From Callorhinchus milii (Eukaryota): a stretch of 64,000 nucleotides of DNA. Shown here one piece after another: positions 24,577 through 36,237 of this stretch; within the stretch, counting starts at the first letter, position 1; each line of letters starts with the position of its first letter. Location: NCBI RefSeq assembly GCF_018977255.1, contig NW_024704742.1:102302001-102366000 (forward strand). The letters are read 5' to 3'. The position numbers and the translations under genes were made by a program. The notes below the pieces were generated by a model. That model saw only the letters and a list, made by a program, of their open reading frames with translations. It did no database searches and was not told the origin of the DNA.

Positions 24577-24905
24577 GTGGAGTCCTGTAGCTCAGTGGTT
24601 AGAGCACTCGCTTTGCAAGTGAGAGACCTGAGTTCAATTCCAGGCAGAGGGCGAAACCTTGGACAAGTTTCCTTACTCTACACGCCTAATAATAATCCCT
24701 CCAAAACTAAAAACAATAATTAAATTGGTCATTTTCAATCTACGACTGTTTGTGGGACATTGCTGTGCGCAATTGGCTGCTGCGTTCGCCCACAAATATA
24801 CAGTCAATTCACTTTACAGTGTGTTCTGTGAAGCGCTTTGGGACGTCCTCCCGACGTGAAAAGCGCTATATCAAATGCAAGGATTATTATTATTATTATT
24901 ATTAT
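24577..24905 (+). mobile_element. tRNA-Ala(TGC)-headed SINE, young full-length reference copy
   Basis: A box tagctcagtgg, anticodon arm ctcgc-tttgcaa-gtgag, B box gagttcaattcc; DeuSINE-like 3' body; L2-type stem-loop; (ATT)n tail; aatc TSD. Confidence 0.95.
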
Positions 24906-25069
24906 AATCCATCTTATTTGTATACTCTTAAGCAGTGTAATGGGTATCTGCATGGGTCAGACTGGACAGTAGCAAAATGAGGCTAACACAGTCAGTTGAC
25001 AGCTCTGGCCATCAATTGGCTATGATGTCCCCCCTCTACCTTCCCCCCCTCTACCACATTAATCTTGGT

Positions 25070-26123
25070 AGTCTAAGCTAACACTCCAATGCGATGCTGG
25101 GGGGTATGGCATTGTTGGAGGTGCCATCGTTCAGATGAGATGGATACAACCAGATGCCATGATCTGTTTTGCCTTCCCCCACCTCTATAATATCACCCGA
25201 CTCCACCACTGCCTCACCCCGCAGGCTGCTGAAACCCTTATCCATGTATTCATTACATCTCGGCTTGACTACGCCAATTCCCTGTTTGTCAGCCTGCCCA
25301 ACTCTTCCCTCCACAAGCTGCATATTCTTCAGAACTCTGCAGCTCATGTCCTCTCCTGCACCAGACTCTGTGCCCCTATCACTCCTACCCTCTCCCAATT
25401 CTACTGGCTCCCCATCCCCCAGAGGATTGAGTTCAAAATCCTCATCCGGTCTTCAAAGTTCTCCAGGGCATTGCTCCTTCCTACCTTTGTGACCTGCTAA
25501 CGTCATATTAACCTGGCGACTCCCTCCACTCAGCAGGCTCCAGCCTGCTCCACATTTTCTGACCCACCCGCCCCACCCCACCATTGGTGGTCGGGCCTTC
25601 AGTCTCTTTGCCCCCACCCTTTGGAACTCCATCCCACATCCCTTAATTTTGTTCACTCCCTTGCCTCCTTCAAGGCACACCTCAAGAGCCCCCCCACTTC
25701 AACCACACCTACGGTCACCCTTCTACCCCTACCCTGCCTGGCCTCCACCCCTCCTGATCCCAACTCCCAGCTCGTGTCCAAATCCCTGACCGTCCAGCTA
25801 CTTGGGACGTCCTCCTGACATGAAAGGCGCTATACAAATGTAATTTGTTGTTGTTGTGACGTTAAACCGAGGTTGCTCTGCCTGCTCAGGTGGACGTTAA
25901 AGATCCCTTGGCATTATTTGAAAAGAGACAATAGTTTCTCCTGGTGTCCTGGCCAACAATCCCCCAAATCAAGTTGGTTACTCACTCCATTGCTGTCCAC
26001 AACTGCCACATTTCACACACAAAATAGACGGTCAATCCACTTTTCGGTATATCCTGTGAAGCACTTTGAGAGATCTCAATGATGTGATAAGCCACTAAAT
26101 TAAATGTAAAGATTATTATTATT
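25070..26123 (+). mobile_element. Older SacSINE1-like SINE split by an L2 fragment
   Basis: SINE body 25070-25140 resumes as gacgttaaaccgagg at ~25858. Confidence 0.7.
25155..25857 (+). mobile_element. L2 LINE 3' fragment
   Basis: AETLIHVFITSRLDYANSL..WLPIPQRIEFKIL; stem-loop and GTT tail. Confidence 0.92.
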
Positions 26124-27057
26124 AAAACGACAAATTGTCACCGTTTGGTTATTTTTTTAAAAGAACCAATTGTATGGTACGAATGACACATTGCTAGTAA
26201 ATTGTGGCCAAATAGAAACAATAGGTAATAGTCAAATGCTAGCACAGCATATTGGAAAGGCTTTCTCTTTTGTCTTCAGGAACACTCACAACCTTTGTGA
26301 ATTTGCAGTGCAAATGCCTACTGAGGGCTGCAGCTGTCACGATGCTGGTGGTGTTCTTGGTCAAAAGAAACAGTCAGCCTCCAACATGTGGATCAGTGCC
26401 AGGGCTCATTTTCTGTTACATTCTCATATATTTAGGTCACAGGATATGGCTAAAAAAATATAAACATCAGAGGAAAGTAGGAAGAGCAGAGGAGCTGTTG
26501 CTGTGTTGTCATTCAACTTGATATTCCTTTTAAAGTAAGATGTTAATTACCTTTGACCTACCAACAAGGTCTTGAATCTGACTCTTTTTGTTTATAACTT
26601 ACAAGGTTCCAGCATTGGGAATAATGAGCGGTGTAAGCATTCTCGTCTTTGTTTAGTCAGTTACCCAGAACTATTTTGCTTTAGTAAATCCAATTAAACT
26701 TTTTGAGCCCTGGTATCGCAACATTGCACTGAACCTTAAGCACTCTTTTGAGCATGTGCAGTGACCTTGTGTGTTGTCCCTGTTGATGAATCAAAACAAA
26801 TCACTGCAGGATTAGTCCTGTGAGAACTGAACTCAATTCTGCAGCTCATAGTATTAAAAGAAGACAAGGCCTGGGTCACCCATGTCAAATATATCTCCTG
26901 CAGAATGGTAAATGCTCTCCAGTGCAAGAGAATGTAAAATACACAACACAAAAATACTTTTTGGTTTTGATTGTGTCACTGGGGTAAAATAACAAGAGGA
27001 TCTTGGATCCTATTGCTGGGTAGATATTCTAGGTTGAAGCAGCTTAACAGTTAAGTG

Positions 27058-27550
27058 TTTGGGTCTCCCCAGCTCCACCATACACAAAATACAACTAATT
27101 CGGAACTCTGCAGCCCAGATTCTCACCCGCACAAAACTCCGTACCCCCATCACACCAGTCCTTGCCAGGCTCCACTGGCTCCCAATTACTGAACAAATCG
27201 ATTTCAAGATCCTCTCACTCGTTTTCAAATCCCTTCATGCCCTTGCACCTCATTACTCATCTGATTTTCTTACCCCCATCCAAACTTCCCCGACCGCTGC
27301 CTCCACTCAGCTGGCTCCGGCCTCCTGTTCATCCATTGTGCCCTCCGTTCCACCCTCTCCTTCAATCCCTCCACCTTGCCCCCTCCCTCCGTATTTTCAA
27401 ATCCCACCTAAAGACCTTCCTTTTTGATCGTGCTTATGGCCACCTCCCCCTCCCTCTCCCCTTGGCTCGGGGTCAGATTCCACCACTGTCAAGCACTCCA
27501 GGACACTACCCCGCGTGAAGGGCGCTATATAAATGCAAGTTATTTTTGTT
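27058..27550 (+). mobile_element. L2 LINE 3' fragment (tail type B)
   Basis: GLPSSTIHKIQLIRNSAAQILT..LHWLPI; tail gtgaagggcgctatataaatgcaagtt. Confidence 0.9.
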
Positions 27551-28336
27551 TGGACTTGCTTTCCCTACATTGCTTTCAGTTCTTTCATTGGGTGACAGTG
27601 AAGCTCAAGTACAGAAGTTAATGCACACATAGTTTTAGTGCTAATCAATGAGGCTGCAAGATTATGCCTGAGGTGAGCTCAGAATGAAAAATGATTGCAG
27701 ATTCATCAAATGCTCTGTTTATATTCTAGCTAGGCAGAGTAAATGAACCAGGCACATTGTGTGTGGAAGTGTTAAGTGTTCCGAGACGTGTGAAGGGTGC
27801 TTTATAAATGCAAGTTGTTGTTGTTCATTACCATGTCCTGATGTGGGTCATCATCCCGTCTCTGGAGACAGCAATGCCACAGGACTGACGTGTGGGTATT
27901 GGCTCACTGATCTGCACATACCGATCTCAGGCAGCAGATATCTGCATCCTCAACATAAAATTATGAATTGCAGTCATGTTTGGGCTGGTGTTTTGTTGTC
28001 CAGACAGTTCTTAGCCAAAAGCTGAATTCCAATGTATCAAACATCTTCCCGTTCATTGCTGTTTGATAATGAGCAATGAGCCAAACAACAATTTATATTT
28101 ATATAGTGTTATTCAGATAGGATAATGCCTCAGAGGTGTTCACAGGGACATGATTAGACGCAGAGCAAGGGAGATGGGAAGAGGGAGGTGGCCAGGATAT
28201 GGCGAAAGCATGATTAAGTGTTTCAGCAGCGTTGAATGTGAGGGGCAGAGGCGGGAAATGGGGCGGGGGTGAAATAAGGCAATCTTGGTGAGGGACTGGA
28301 TGTGAAGGAGAAAGGAAATCTGGGGATTTAACTGGG

Positions 28337-28997
28337 CAACAACAACAAATTACATTTGTATCGCACCTTTCACGTCAGGGGGACGTCCCAAAGCGCTGGA
28401 CAGTCAAGGATTCGAACAGTCAGAGTGGTTTGGATTAGGAGGGGTGGAGGTCGGGGAGGATAGAGGTAGAAGGGTGACTGAAGACATGGTCGAAGAGGAG
28501 GGTCTTGAGATGGGTCTTGAAGGAGGCTAGGTAGGGGGCTAGGTGAAGGGACTGAGGGATGAAGTTCCAGAGTGTGGGGGAAGATATGCTGAATACCCAC
28601 CTGCCAAAGGTCGGGCGGTCAAAGTTGGGGACGTGAAGCAGGCCAGAGCCCGCTGAGCGGAGGGAGGCGACAGATTGTTAAGGGGTTAGGAGGTCACAGA
28701 GGTAGTGAGGAGCAAGGCCGTGGAGGACTTTGAAGGTGAGGACCAGTATCTTCAACTGTATCCTCTGAGTGATGAGAAACCAGTGGAGATGGGGGTGATA
28801 GCGTCTTGGAGCCTAGTGCTGGAGAGGATACGGGCTGCAGATTTCTGGGTGATCTGTAGCCTCTTGAGGGAGTATTTAGGGAGGCCGACAAGCAGAGAAT
28901 TTGTGTAGTCGAGCCTGGATGTGATGAATGCTTGGATGAGGGTCTCGGTGACCTGCATTGAGAGACAGTGACGGAGCCGGGCAATGTTTCGGAAGTG
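28337..28997 (-). mobile_element. L2 LINE 3' fragment
   Basis: ETLIQAFITSRLDYTNSLLVGLP; (AAC)n tail on the + strand. Confidence 0.9.
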
Positions 28998-29011
28998 TTA
29001 CTGGAACTGTA

Positions 29012-30665
29012 ATTAATAAGCTTACAGGAACAGCTTAGCCAAAAGTAGTCAACAGAGCTGAATAATCTGCATGAATAAATTTGCCCACATTGAGCAAATA
29101 GAGCAGAATAAGCCCCAATGTCTCTATGGCTTCTTTGTACGGTGCCTTGGTGACGCTATCAGAGGGGAGGTGGGAGGAGATGGGTGAGGGTGGGAAAGCA
29201 TCATGTTGGGAGGGTGGTATTGTGCTGGTTAGAAGGGAGCCTCCTAATTCTTTGAACACTGTGACATTGGCATTAGAAGCTGCTGAGGAATCTGCTGTTT
29301 GTTTGCCTGCCCTCTGACAGTCGGAGAAACAATACATGGAGTCAATGCAGCAAAACTAGGGTGATAACAAAATGAATTTCAAATTAAATACAGCAATTAC
29401 TTCCACCTTAATGCTAAATAACCGAATTTCAGCATTTTTTAACATGAATTGTTCTGTTATTCATGCCATGAAGTATTTAATTGTGACTTAAAAACAAACG
29501 ACAGCTTCATGTGTCCATCATTCATATGCATTAATTGAATATTCTATTTAGATTTCGGTCAGATTTGACCTAGATATGCCAAGCTTTCTTTTTGGCCAAC
29601 TTTTTGGACATTCGGGTTGCGCACCACAACAACAAAATTACATTTATAGAGCGCCTTTCACATCGGGAAGATGTCTCAAAGCACTGAGTTTGGAGAGTTT
29701 GAGAGTGGAGGAGCTCCTTATTCATTCTTATCATATGATTACAAATATATAAAATCTCTTTCAATTTATAGCCATCTATAATAGCTAGTGTATCAAACTA
29801 CTTCCCATTCACTCCTGTTGTACAGAATCCAAAGTAATAAATCACTTTTTAAGCCAACCTTGAGGGATCTTGGAATACTAATCTCTTCTTATGCACAATA
29901 TTGGACTTATTCTTTACTATTCATTCAAAATAGCAAGTTTATTGCTGTGGAATCTGGAGTGTTTTCTTCTGGTCACTGAATTTGTTGTTTTACACTTATA
30001 AATAAAAGTAATGTGATTTTAAATTATAAATAAAATTACATTATACATTGCAAAATTAAATTACACATAGAACATTGCATTATTGTTATTAATAAGCTTA
30101 CAGGAACAGATTAGCTAAAAATAGTGACCACAGCTGAAAGGTTTGCATCAACAAATTTGCCCACAATGAGCAAATAAAGAGGAATAAACCCCAAAGTATT
30201 TTATGGCTTCTTTGTACGGTGCCTTGTTGGTGTTATCAGAGGGGAGGTGGGTGAGGGTGGGAAAGCATTATGTTGGGAGAGTGGTATTATGCTGGTTAGA
30301 AGGGAGCCTCCTAATTCTTTGAACAGAGTGACGTTGGAATTAGAAACTGCTGAGGAATCTGCTGTTTGTTTGCCTGTCCTCTGACAGTCGGAGAAACAAT
30401 ACACGGAGTCAATGCAGTAAAACTAGGGTGATAACAAAGAGAATTTCAAATTAAATGCAGCAATTACTTCCGCCTTAATGCTTAGTAACCGAAATTCAGC
30501 ATTTTTTTACATTTTTTCTGTTATTCATGCCATGAAGTATTTAATTGTGACTTAAAAACAAATGACAGCTTCATGTACCCGTCATTCATATGCATTAGTT
30601 GAATATTTTATTTAGATTTTGGTCAGATTTGACCTAGATATGCCAAGCTTTCTCTTTGGCTAACT
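29012..30665 (+). repeat. Direct duplication of ~590 bp of non-TE sequence (29012-29601 / 30088-30665)
   Basis: Collinear match from attaataagcttacaggaacag to gatatgccaagctttct..tggc(c/t)aact, with scattered substitutions and small indels. Confidence 0.95.
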
Positions 30666-31127
30666 CATTTAAATGTGTCTTTTTGTTCTGGAACTATGAA
30701 AAGCATTTTCGAAATGCATAACTAAGTACCTTTCTATATATCTGTAAGAGTGGAAGGTGAAGATAAAGGAGTGTTTGATTGCAGGGTGAAAAAGAGCCTG
30801 CAGGCAAAACAGAATTTCTATTGTGAACGTCTCAGAAATGGCTCACAAAAATTATTGCCTAGCAATTCTGATTTTGGTCCTATTCTGCTGCAAAGCACCA
30901 GCAACAGGAGGTCTGTCAGGGCTCAGTATGTTATTTTACTTTATTCAGCTGTAATCAGTTTGTTTGCTGTAGTGTGATACCCTCATCTTAAAATAATTGA
31001 ATGGCCAAATTGCATATCAACTCTCTCCAAGCAGAAAGCATAGACAATTTTTTTAATGGTTTAGGAAGACTTAACCCAGCCTAACCTCAGTTCAAGGAGT
31101 ATTTTTTGTTTGGCTTTTCTCATGTAG

Positions 31128-31163
31128 ATTAAGTGTTCACTACTTTCAATTGATTGATCAGCG
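31128..31163 (+). CDS. Candidate 36-nt phase-2 exon (LSVHYFQLIDQ)
   Basis: ttttttgtttggcttttctcatgtag|..cagcg|gtagta; only phase 2 is open; donor modest. Confidence 0.3.
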
Positions 31164-31234
31164 GTAGTATAATCATGCTGTTTTAGACATGACAGTAAAC
31201 ATGCAAACATTTCAATTCATTCCCCAGTGCATCA

Positions 31235-31354
31235 TAATAATAATAATAATAATCCTTGCATTTGATATAGCGCTTTTTACGTCAGGAGGACGTCCCAAAG
31301 CGCTTCACAGAACACACTGTAAAGTGAATTGACTGTATATTTGTGGGCGAACGC
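31235..31354 (-). mobile_element. 5'-truncated young SINE (3' end only)
   Basis: Near-identical to the last ~120 nt of the 24577 copy. Confidence 0.9.
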
Positions 31355-32730
31355 CCACAAATCATGATTGAAAGGCCACAACTGTTTGCTATTGTAACTA
31401 TTGATAATCCGCCGACAATTAAATTGAAGTGCATATTAATATTTGCATTACATATAGCACCAGAAAGACATCTCAAAGTGCTTCAAAGGATTTACTGTGA
31501 AGTGCAGTGACTGGGTAGCCAGGCGGATCTATAGTTTTCAAGGCATTGTTTATGACAAAAGTCAAAGAGGTGTGGTTTTAGAAGGATTTTGAAAGTAGCA
31601 ATAAAGGGTTTGAGGCAGAAGCATTTAGGGAGAAAGTTCCAGAGTGCAAGGACAAAGTGGTTGAAAGTTCACTCACCAAAAGTAGGATGGATGGAGTGTG
31701 GCATGTGAAGCAGGTTTGAGTTAGCAGAGGGAGTGGATGGGGAAGAAGTACCATAGATCACAAGGTAGGATGGAGGCTAAGAGGTGGAAATATGTGAAAG
31801 TTTCAGTGAGGATCTTCAAATCAATTTATTGGGGGAATATTGCAAACCTGTTGCAATGCAGTGCCTTGGTTACAAAAAATTGCACAATACATTTATAACG
31901 GGTGCGCATGTGCAGGAAATCAGTCATTCCTTACCAGAAGCTAAAAGGGTACCACACTTTCAGTAACGTTGATCTGCAGGAGACCTGCATTGTCAAATGA
32001 GTTGTTGAAATGAGTTGTTAGTTGCCCTGTATTTATATCAAAGCCCAGAAGTAGGTCAGTGGGTAAATGCGTCGGTTGGACTTTATTGTACCACTTGTTC
32101 AGGAAGGTCTCAGGTGTCTCAGCTGGGATGTAGTTGAGATACTAATAATTGACCTCAGCCTCCTTGAAATGTAGATTTCCATTGAACAGAATCCAAGATG
32201 TCAAACGATTCACTTTCAAGCATGTTAGCACTGCATTTGTTCTGGATCAGTGTTTCAGTGCAGCCAAAAAANTAGGATGTGGTCTTAACTGAACACTGTC
32301 CTGTGAGTTAGCATTCAAACACCAGTTTCAGTCAAAGGGTCAAATAAGAAAATTGGAGCCTGATATCATGAAGCAGAAATCCGAGTCAACGGTGACATTA
32401 CTGAAAAAAGGCTATGGACCAAGTTATGCTGAAATTAGGGTGAGGTGACTTGTCGATAGTTGAACACAAAATTAGATTGCAATTTTTGGGGAGTCAATCA
32501 ATTATATCTGAATTAAAAGTTGGCTAATGTTTGGGAATAGCACAGTCCTCCTCACTTAAATCTGTATTAATATGTTCTCGGTGTTTTTGTGGTTTTCTTT
32601 TCATTGGATAATTAATTGAGGTGCGGCTAATAGATTTATGAATAGACTTTTGTCTGCTACTTAGATTATCTTACAATGAAAAAACTATTGGAATGCAAAG
32701 CTCCAAGTGATAAATGACTAGACTAGGTTT

Positions 32731-33170
32731 TAATAATAATAATAGTAATATTAATAATCCTTACATTTGGTATAGCATGTTTCATGTCAGGAGGATGTCC
32801 AAAAGCACTTCACAGGGTATACTGTAAAGAACAGTGACTGGGTGTTTTGTGCCAAGCAAACATGGCTGCCAATTTTCACACAGTAATGTCTACAAGACCA
32901 ATTTTATTTGTAGGACTGTTGGCCAGGACTCTAGGAGAAACTCCCTTCTCTTTATGAATAGTGCCATGGGATCTTTAATGTCCAGTTAAACAGGCAGATG
33001 GAACCTTAGTTTCATTGTCTCATCTGAAGGACAGCACTTCCAACAATTCAAGCCTCCCCCACCGCCCCCAGGACTACAATGTCATTTTAGGCTGCATTAG
33101 TTCCAAGTCCCCAGATGAGTCTTCAACCCTTAACTTTCTAACTCAGAGGAGAGAGTGCTATCAACAAAGT
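32731..33170 (-). mobile_element. Older SacSINE1/DeuSINE-like SINE
   Basis: Reverse-strand head (actcagaggagagagtgcta), body gtgccatgggatctttaatgtcca, ATT tail. Confidence 0.75.
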
Positions 33171-33240
33171 TTTAGTATTGTGTGGGAATGATTAGACTAG
33201 GTTTATTACAGTATGGGAAGTACTAGAATAGTTTTTTTTA

Positions 33241-33530
33241 CAATAACAACAACTTGCTTTTACATAGCGCTCCTCACACAGGGTAGCGTCCCAGAGCACT
33301 TGACAGTGGCAAAGCTTGACCCTGACCTGGGGAGTACGGGGAGGTGACTGTAGGCAAGGTCGAAGAGGAAGGTCCTCAGGTGCGACCTGAAGATGGGTAA
33401 GTAAGGGACAAGGTGGAGGGATAGAGGAAGAGTGTTTCAGAGTTTTGCGGCATTCCGGCTGAATGCGTAGCCACCAATGGTGGAACGGAGGAGGCATGAG
33501 GGACATGCAGAAGGCCAGAGCCAGGATTAT
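33241..33530 (-). mobile_element. L2 3' fragment (tail type B)
   Basis: aacaacaacttgc..tagcgc..gggtagcgtcccagagcacttgacag. Confidence 0.8.
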
Positions 33531-33631
33531 TACAGGATGAGGGTCAGCAGGTGTTTTTGAGAAGTGTTTCTGGCTCATTTTGACCAAATACAAGCCACTT
33601 ATTTTATGAGCCAGTGTGTGATCAGAGATAG

Positions 33632-33947
33632 TAATAATAATAATAATAATCCTTGCATTTGATATAGCGCTTTTCACGTCGGGAGGACGTCCCAAAGCGC
33701 TTCACAGAACACACTGTAAAGTGAATTGACTGTATATTTGTGGGCGAACGCGGCAGCCAATTGCGCACAGCAATGTCCCACAAACAGTCGTAGATTGAAA
33801 ATGACCAATTTATTATTGTTTTTGGAGGGATTATTATTAGGCGTGTGGAGTAAGGAAACTTGCCCAAGGTTTCGCCCTGCCTGGAATTGAACTCAGGTCT
33901 CTCGCTTGCAAAGCGAGTGCTCTAACCACTGAGCTATAGGACTCCAC
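33632..33947 (-). mobile_element. tRNA-derived SINE, young full-length copy
   Basis: Near-identical to the 8408 and 24577 copies. Confidence 0.94.
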
Positions 33948-34214
33948 AGGAGATTTTGTTCAATATAAATGGATGGATTGCACATTAATGATCATATCAT
34001 TACAGTGAACACAGCAAGTTTATAAATAAATCTGTTCATTTCATGCAATTATTGTTCACCCCAATCTGCTCTCTGATTTCTCTTTTAATTGGCTAATTAC
34101 CTTGAGGGTAATTCCCATGAAACCAGTTGCTGTACATTGTGGTAATGAGAAGAGTTCATTTTTTTCCTCAGCCAGTCTCTTTACTTCCTCCATCGTTCCT
34201 TCTTACCTGAATTC

Positions 34215-34540
34215 ATTTCCCAGGCAGGGCAAAATGTTGGGCAGATTTCCTCACTCCACACACCTATGTTTACCTAGCAGTAAGTAGGAACCCGGGTGTT
34301 AGTCAATTGGAGGATCTCTTTTCCAGGGATAATAGTTCTTTCATAAAATAATAATAATAAATTGGTCACTTCAGTCCACAACTGTTTGTGGGACATTGCT
34401 GTGAGCAACTGGCTGCCGCACTTCGCCTGCAGAATATGTGCCATCAGTTCACTTTTTACAGTATATTCTCTGAAGCGCTTTGAGACGTCTCAAAGACATA
34501 ATAAGGCGCTATATCAAATGCAAAGATTATTATTATTATT
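34215..34540 (+). mobile_element. Longer SINE variant with an extra internal segment
   Basis: Contains gtttacctagcagtaagtaggaac..ttagtc(a/g)attgg, also present at 61305-61370 but absent from the young copies. Confidence 0.75.
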
Positions 34541-35659
34541 GTGATAATTTGTCCCGTGTGATTCATGGCACACTTATGTTTGTTGGTCTCAGATATCTCT
34601 CACACCACAAACTCTTCAGGGTTTGAAAACATGAAAAAAAGCATTTCAGGCAGAATAGCAAATCGATGAATCTTGCTAACCCATTGGAATGCTTCAGGTT
34701 GGAATGTGCTTCTCCCTTAAAAGTTGCAGCTTCAATTGTGAAAGGTCTCATTGACATCTATATCATAATAATAGTTATAATCTTTACATTTGATATAGCT
34801 TCTTATCATATCTTCGAACCATCTTGAAAGGCTTCACAGAATATACTGTAAAGTGGATTGACTATATTTTTATTTTCAGATTTCCAGCATCTGCAGTATT
34901 TTGTTTTTTCAATGTATTCCATGTCTTGCTACTGATGATGTTTGCCTGACAGCTCATATGTCTCCTGTTGATCTAACAGTACCAAAGAACATATAGACTC
35001 TAGTGGTCCTTGAGGTGGGGTGTGTGTTAAAATGGGATGTTTGGCCATTCTTACAGTTTAGGAAATGCTGATCTCAGCCTTTGCAGTATTAGAAGCACTA
35101 AAGTAGGCATCAGTGACCCTGTGCTGGGAATGGAAAGCATTATGTAAATGGTAATAGAAGATTGGGCTCAGTTTTGATGCTGCTGTAGCTAAATAGTTGT
35201 TGAAACATTAACTAGTTGATTCATTGTCCAGGTTAAGCGTGGTCATGCAGTTGAAATACCAGAACACTGCCTTAAGGAGAGAAAGGAGAACAGGCTAGAA
35301 AATTGGGATTCGGGAGGTTGATTTGCAAACTAGTTCAATAATTTTGAAAATCATAGTTCAAGACAGACTTTCCAGTGCAATTTTACCAGAGCATTGTACT
35401 GACAGAGGTACCACCCTTTGGATAGCACAAAGGAGGGAAGTGTGGAATGGTGTTCCCCAGGGGTCAGTATTTTGGGAAGAAGAATGAGGAGAGGCAATAT
35501 AAGCTGATGGTACAATCTTAAAGGGGGTGAAGGAACAGAGAGACCTGGGGGTTCATATAAGTAAATATTTGAAGATGGCAGGACAGGTAGATAAAGCTGT
35601 TAAAAAAGCATATGGGATACTGGGCTTTATAAACAGGGGCACAGAACACAAAAGTCTTG

Positions 35660-35806
35660 AAGTTATGATAAACCTTTATAAAACACTGGTTAGGCCTCAG
35701 CTACAGTACTGTGTTCAGTTTCATAGAATTTCATAGATTCTATGAAACTGAACACAGTATTCTAGCTGAGGCCTAACCAGTGTTTTATAAAGGTTTATCA
35801 TAACTT
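35660..35806. repeat. Inverted repeat, 70-bp arms, 7-nt spacer, 2 mismatches
   Basis: Arm 35660-35729 is the reverse complement of 35737-35806. Confidence 0.97.
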
Positions 35807-36237
35807 TCTGGGCACAACACTTTAGGAAGGATGTCAAGGCATTGGAGAGGGTGTAAAGGAGATTTACCAGGATGGTACCAGTAATGAGGGACTTCAGTTA
35901 TCAGGAGAGGCTGGAGAAGCTAGGATTACTCTTCTGGGAACAGAGAAGGTTAAAAGGAGACTTAACAGAAGCTTTCAAATTTCTTGAGCAGAGAGCCCAG
36001 CAATGTGAGGAGGGAACTGAATGAGGTGGAACAGATTGAGAATTCTGTTAAGGAATTTGGTGAGAGTGGGAAATTTTCAGCAAGAGAGATACCAGAGTTT
36101 GGGAAATCTATCTCGAGGTACAAACAACCTAATATATAAGCAGGCAAACAAGTCAATTAGCAGTTCATCTAAGGCCAGGTGTTGGGGGATTAAAAAATCT
36201 GCTGACCAGTCGAAACTGGGTGCTTTTGTTTGAGTCC

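Noticed and set aside
24577..24650. tRNA-Ala(TGC) gene
   Set aside because: It has A/B boxes and an anticodon arm but no proper acceptor stem, and it is the head of a multi-copy SINE.
24659..24980. Recurrent ORFs ending in IKCKDYYYYY
   Set aside because: These are translations of the SINE body and (ATT)n tail.
29035..29337. 100-aa minus-strand ORF in the duplicated unit
   Set aside because: Frameshifted in copy 2 and without recognisable homology.
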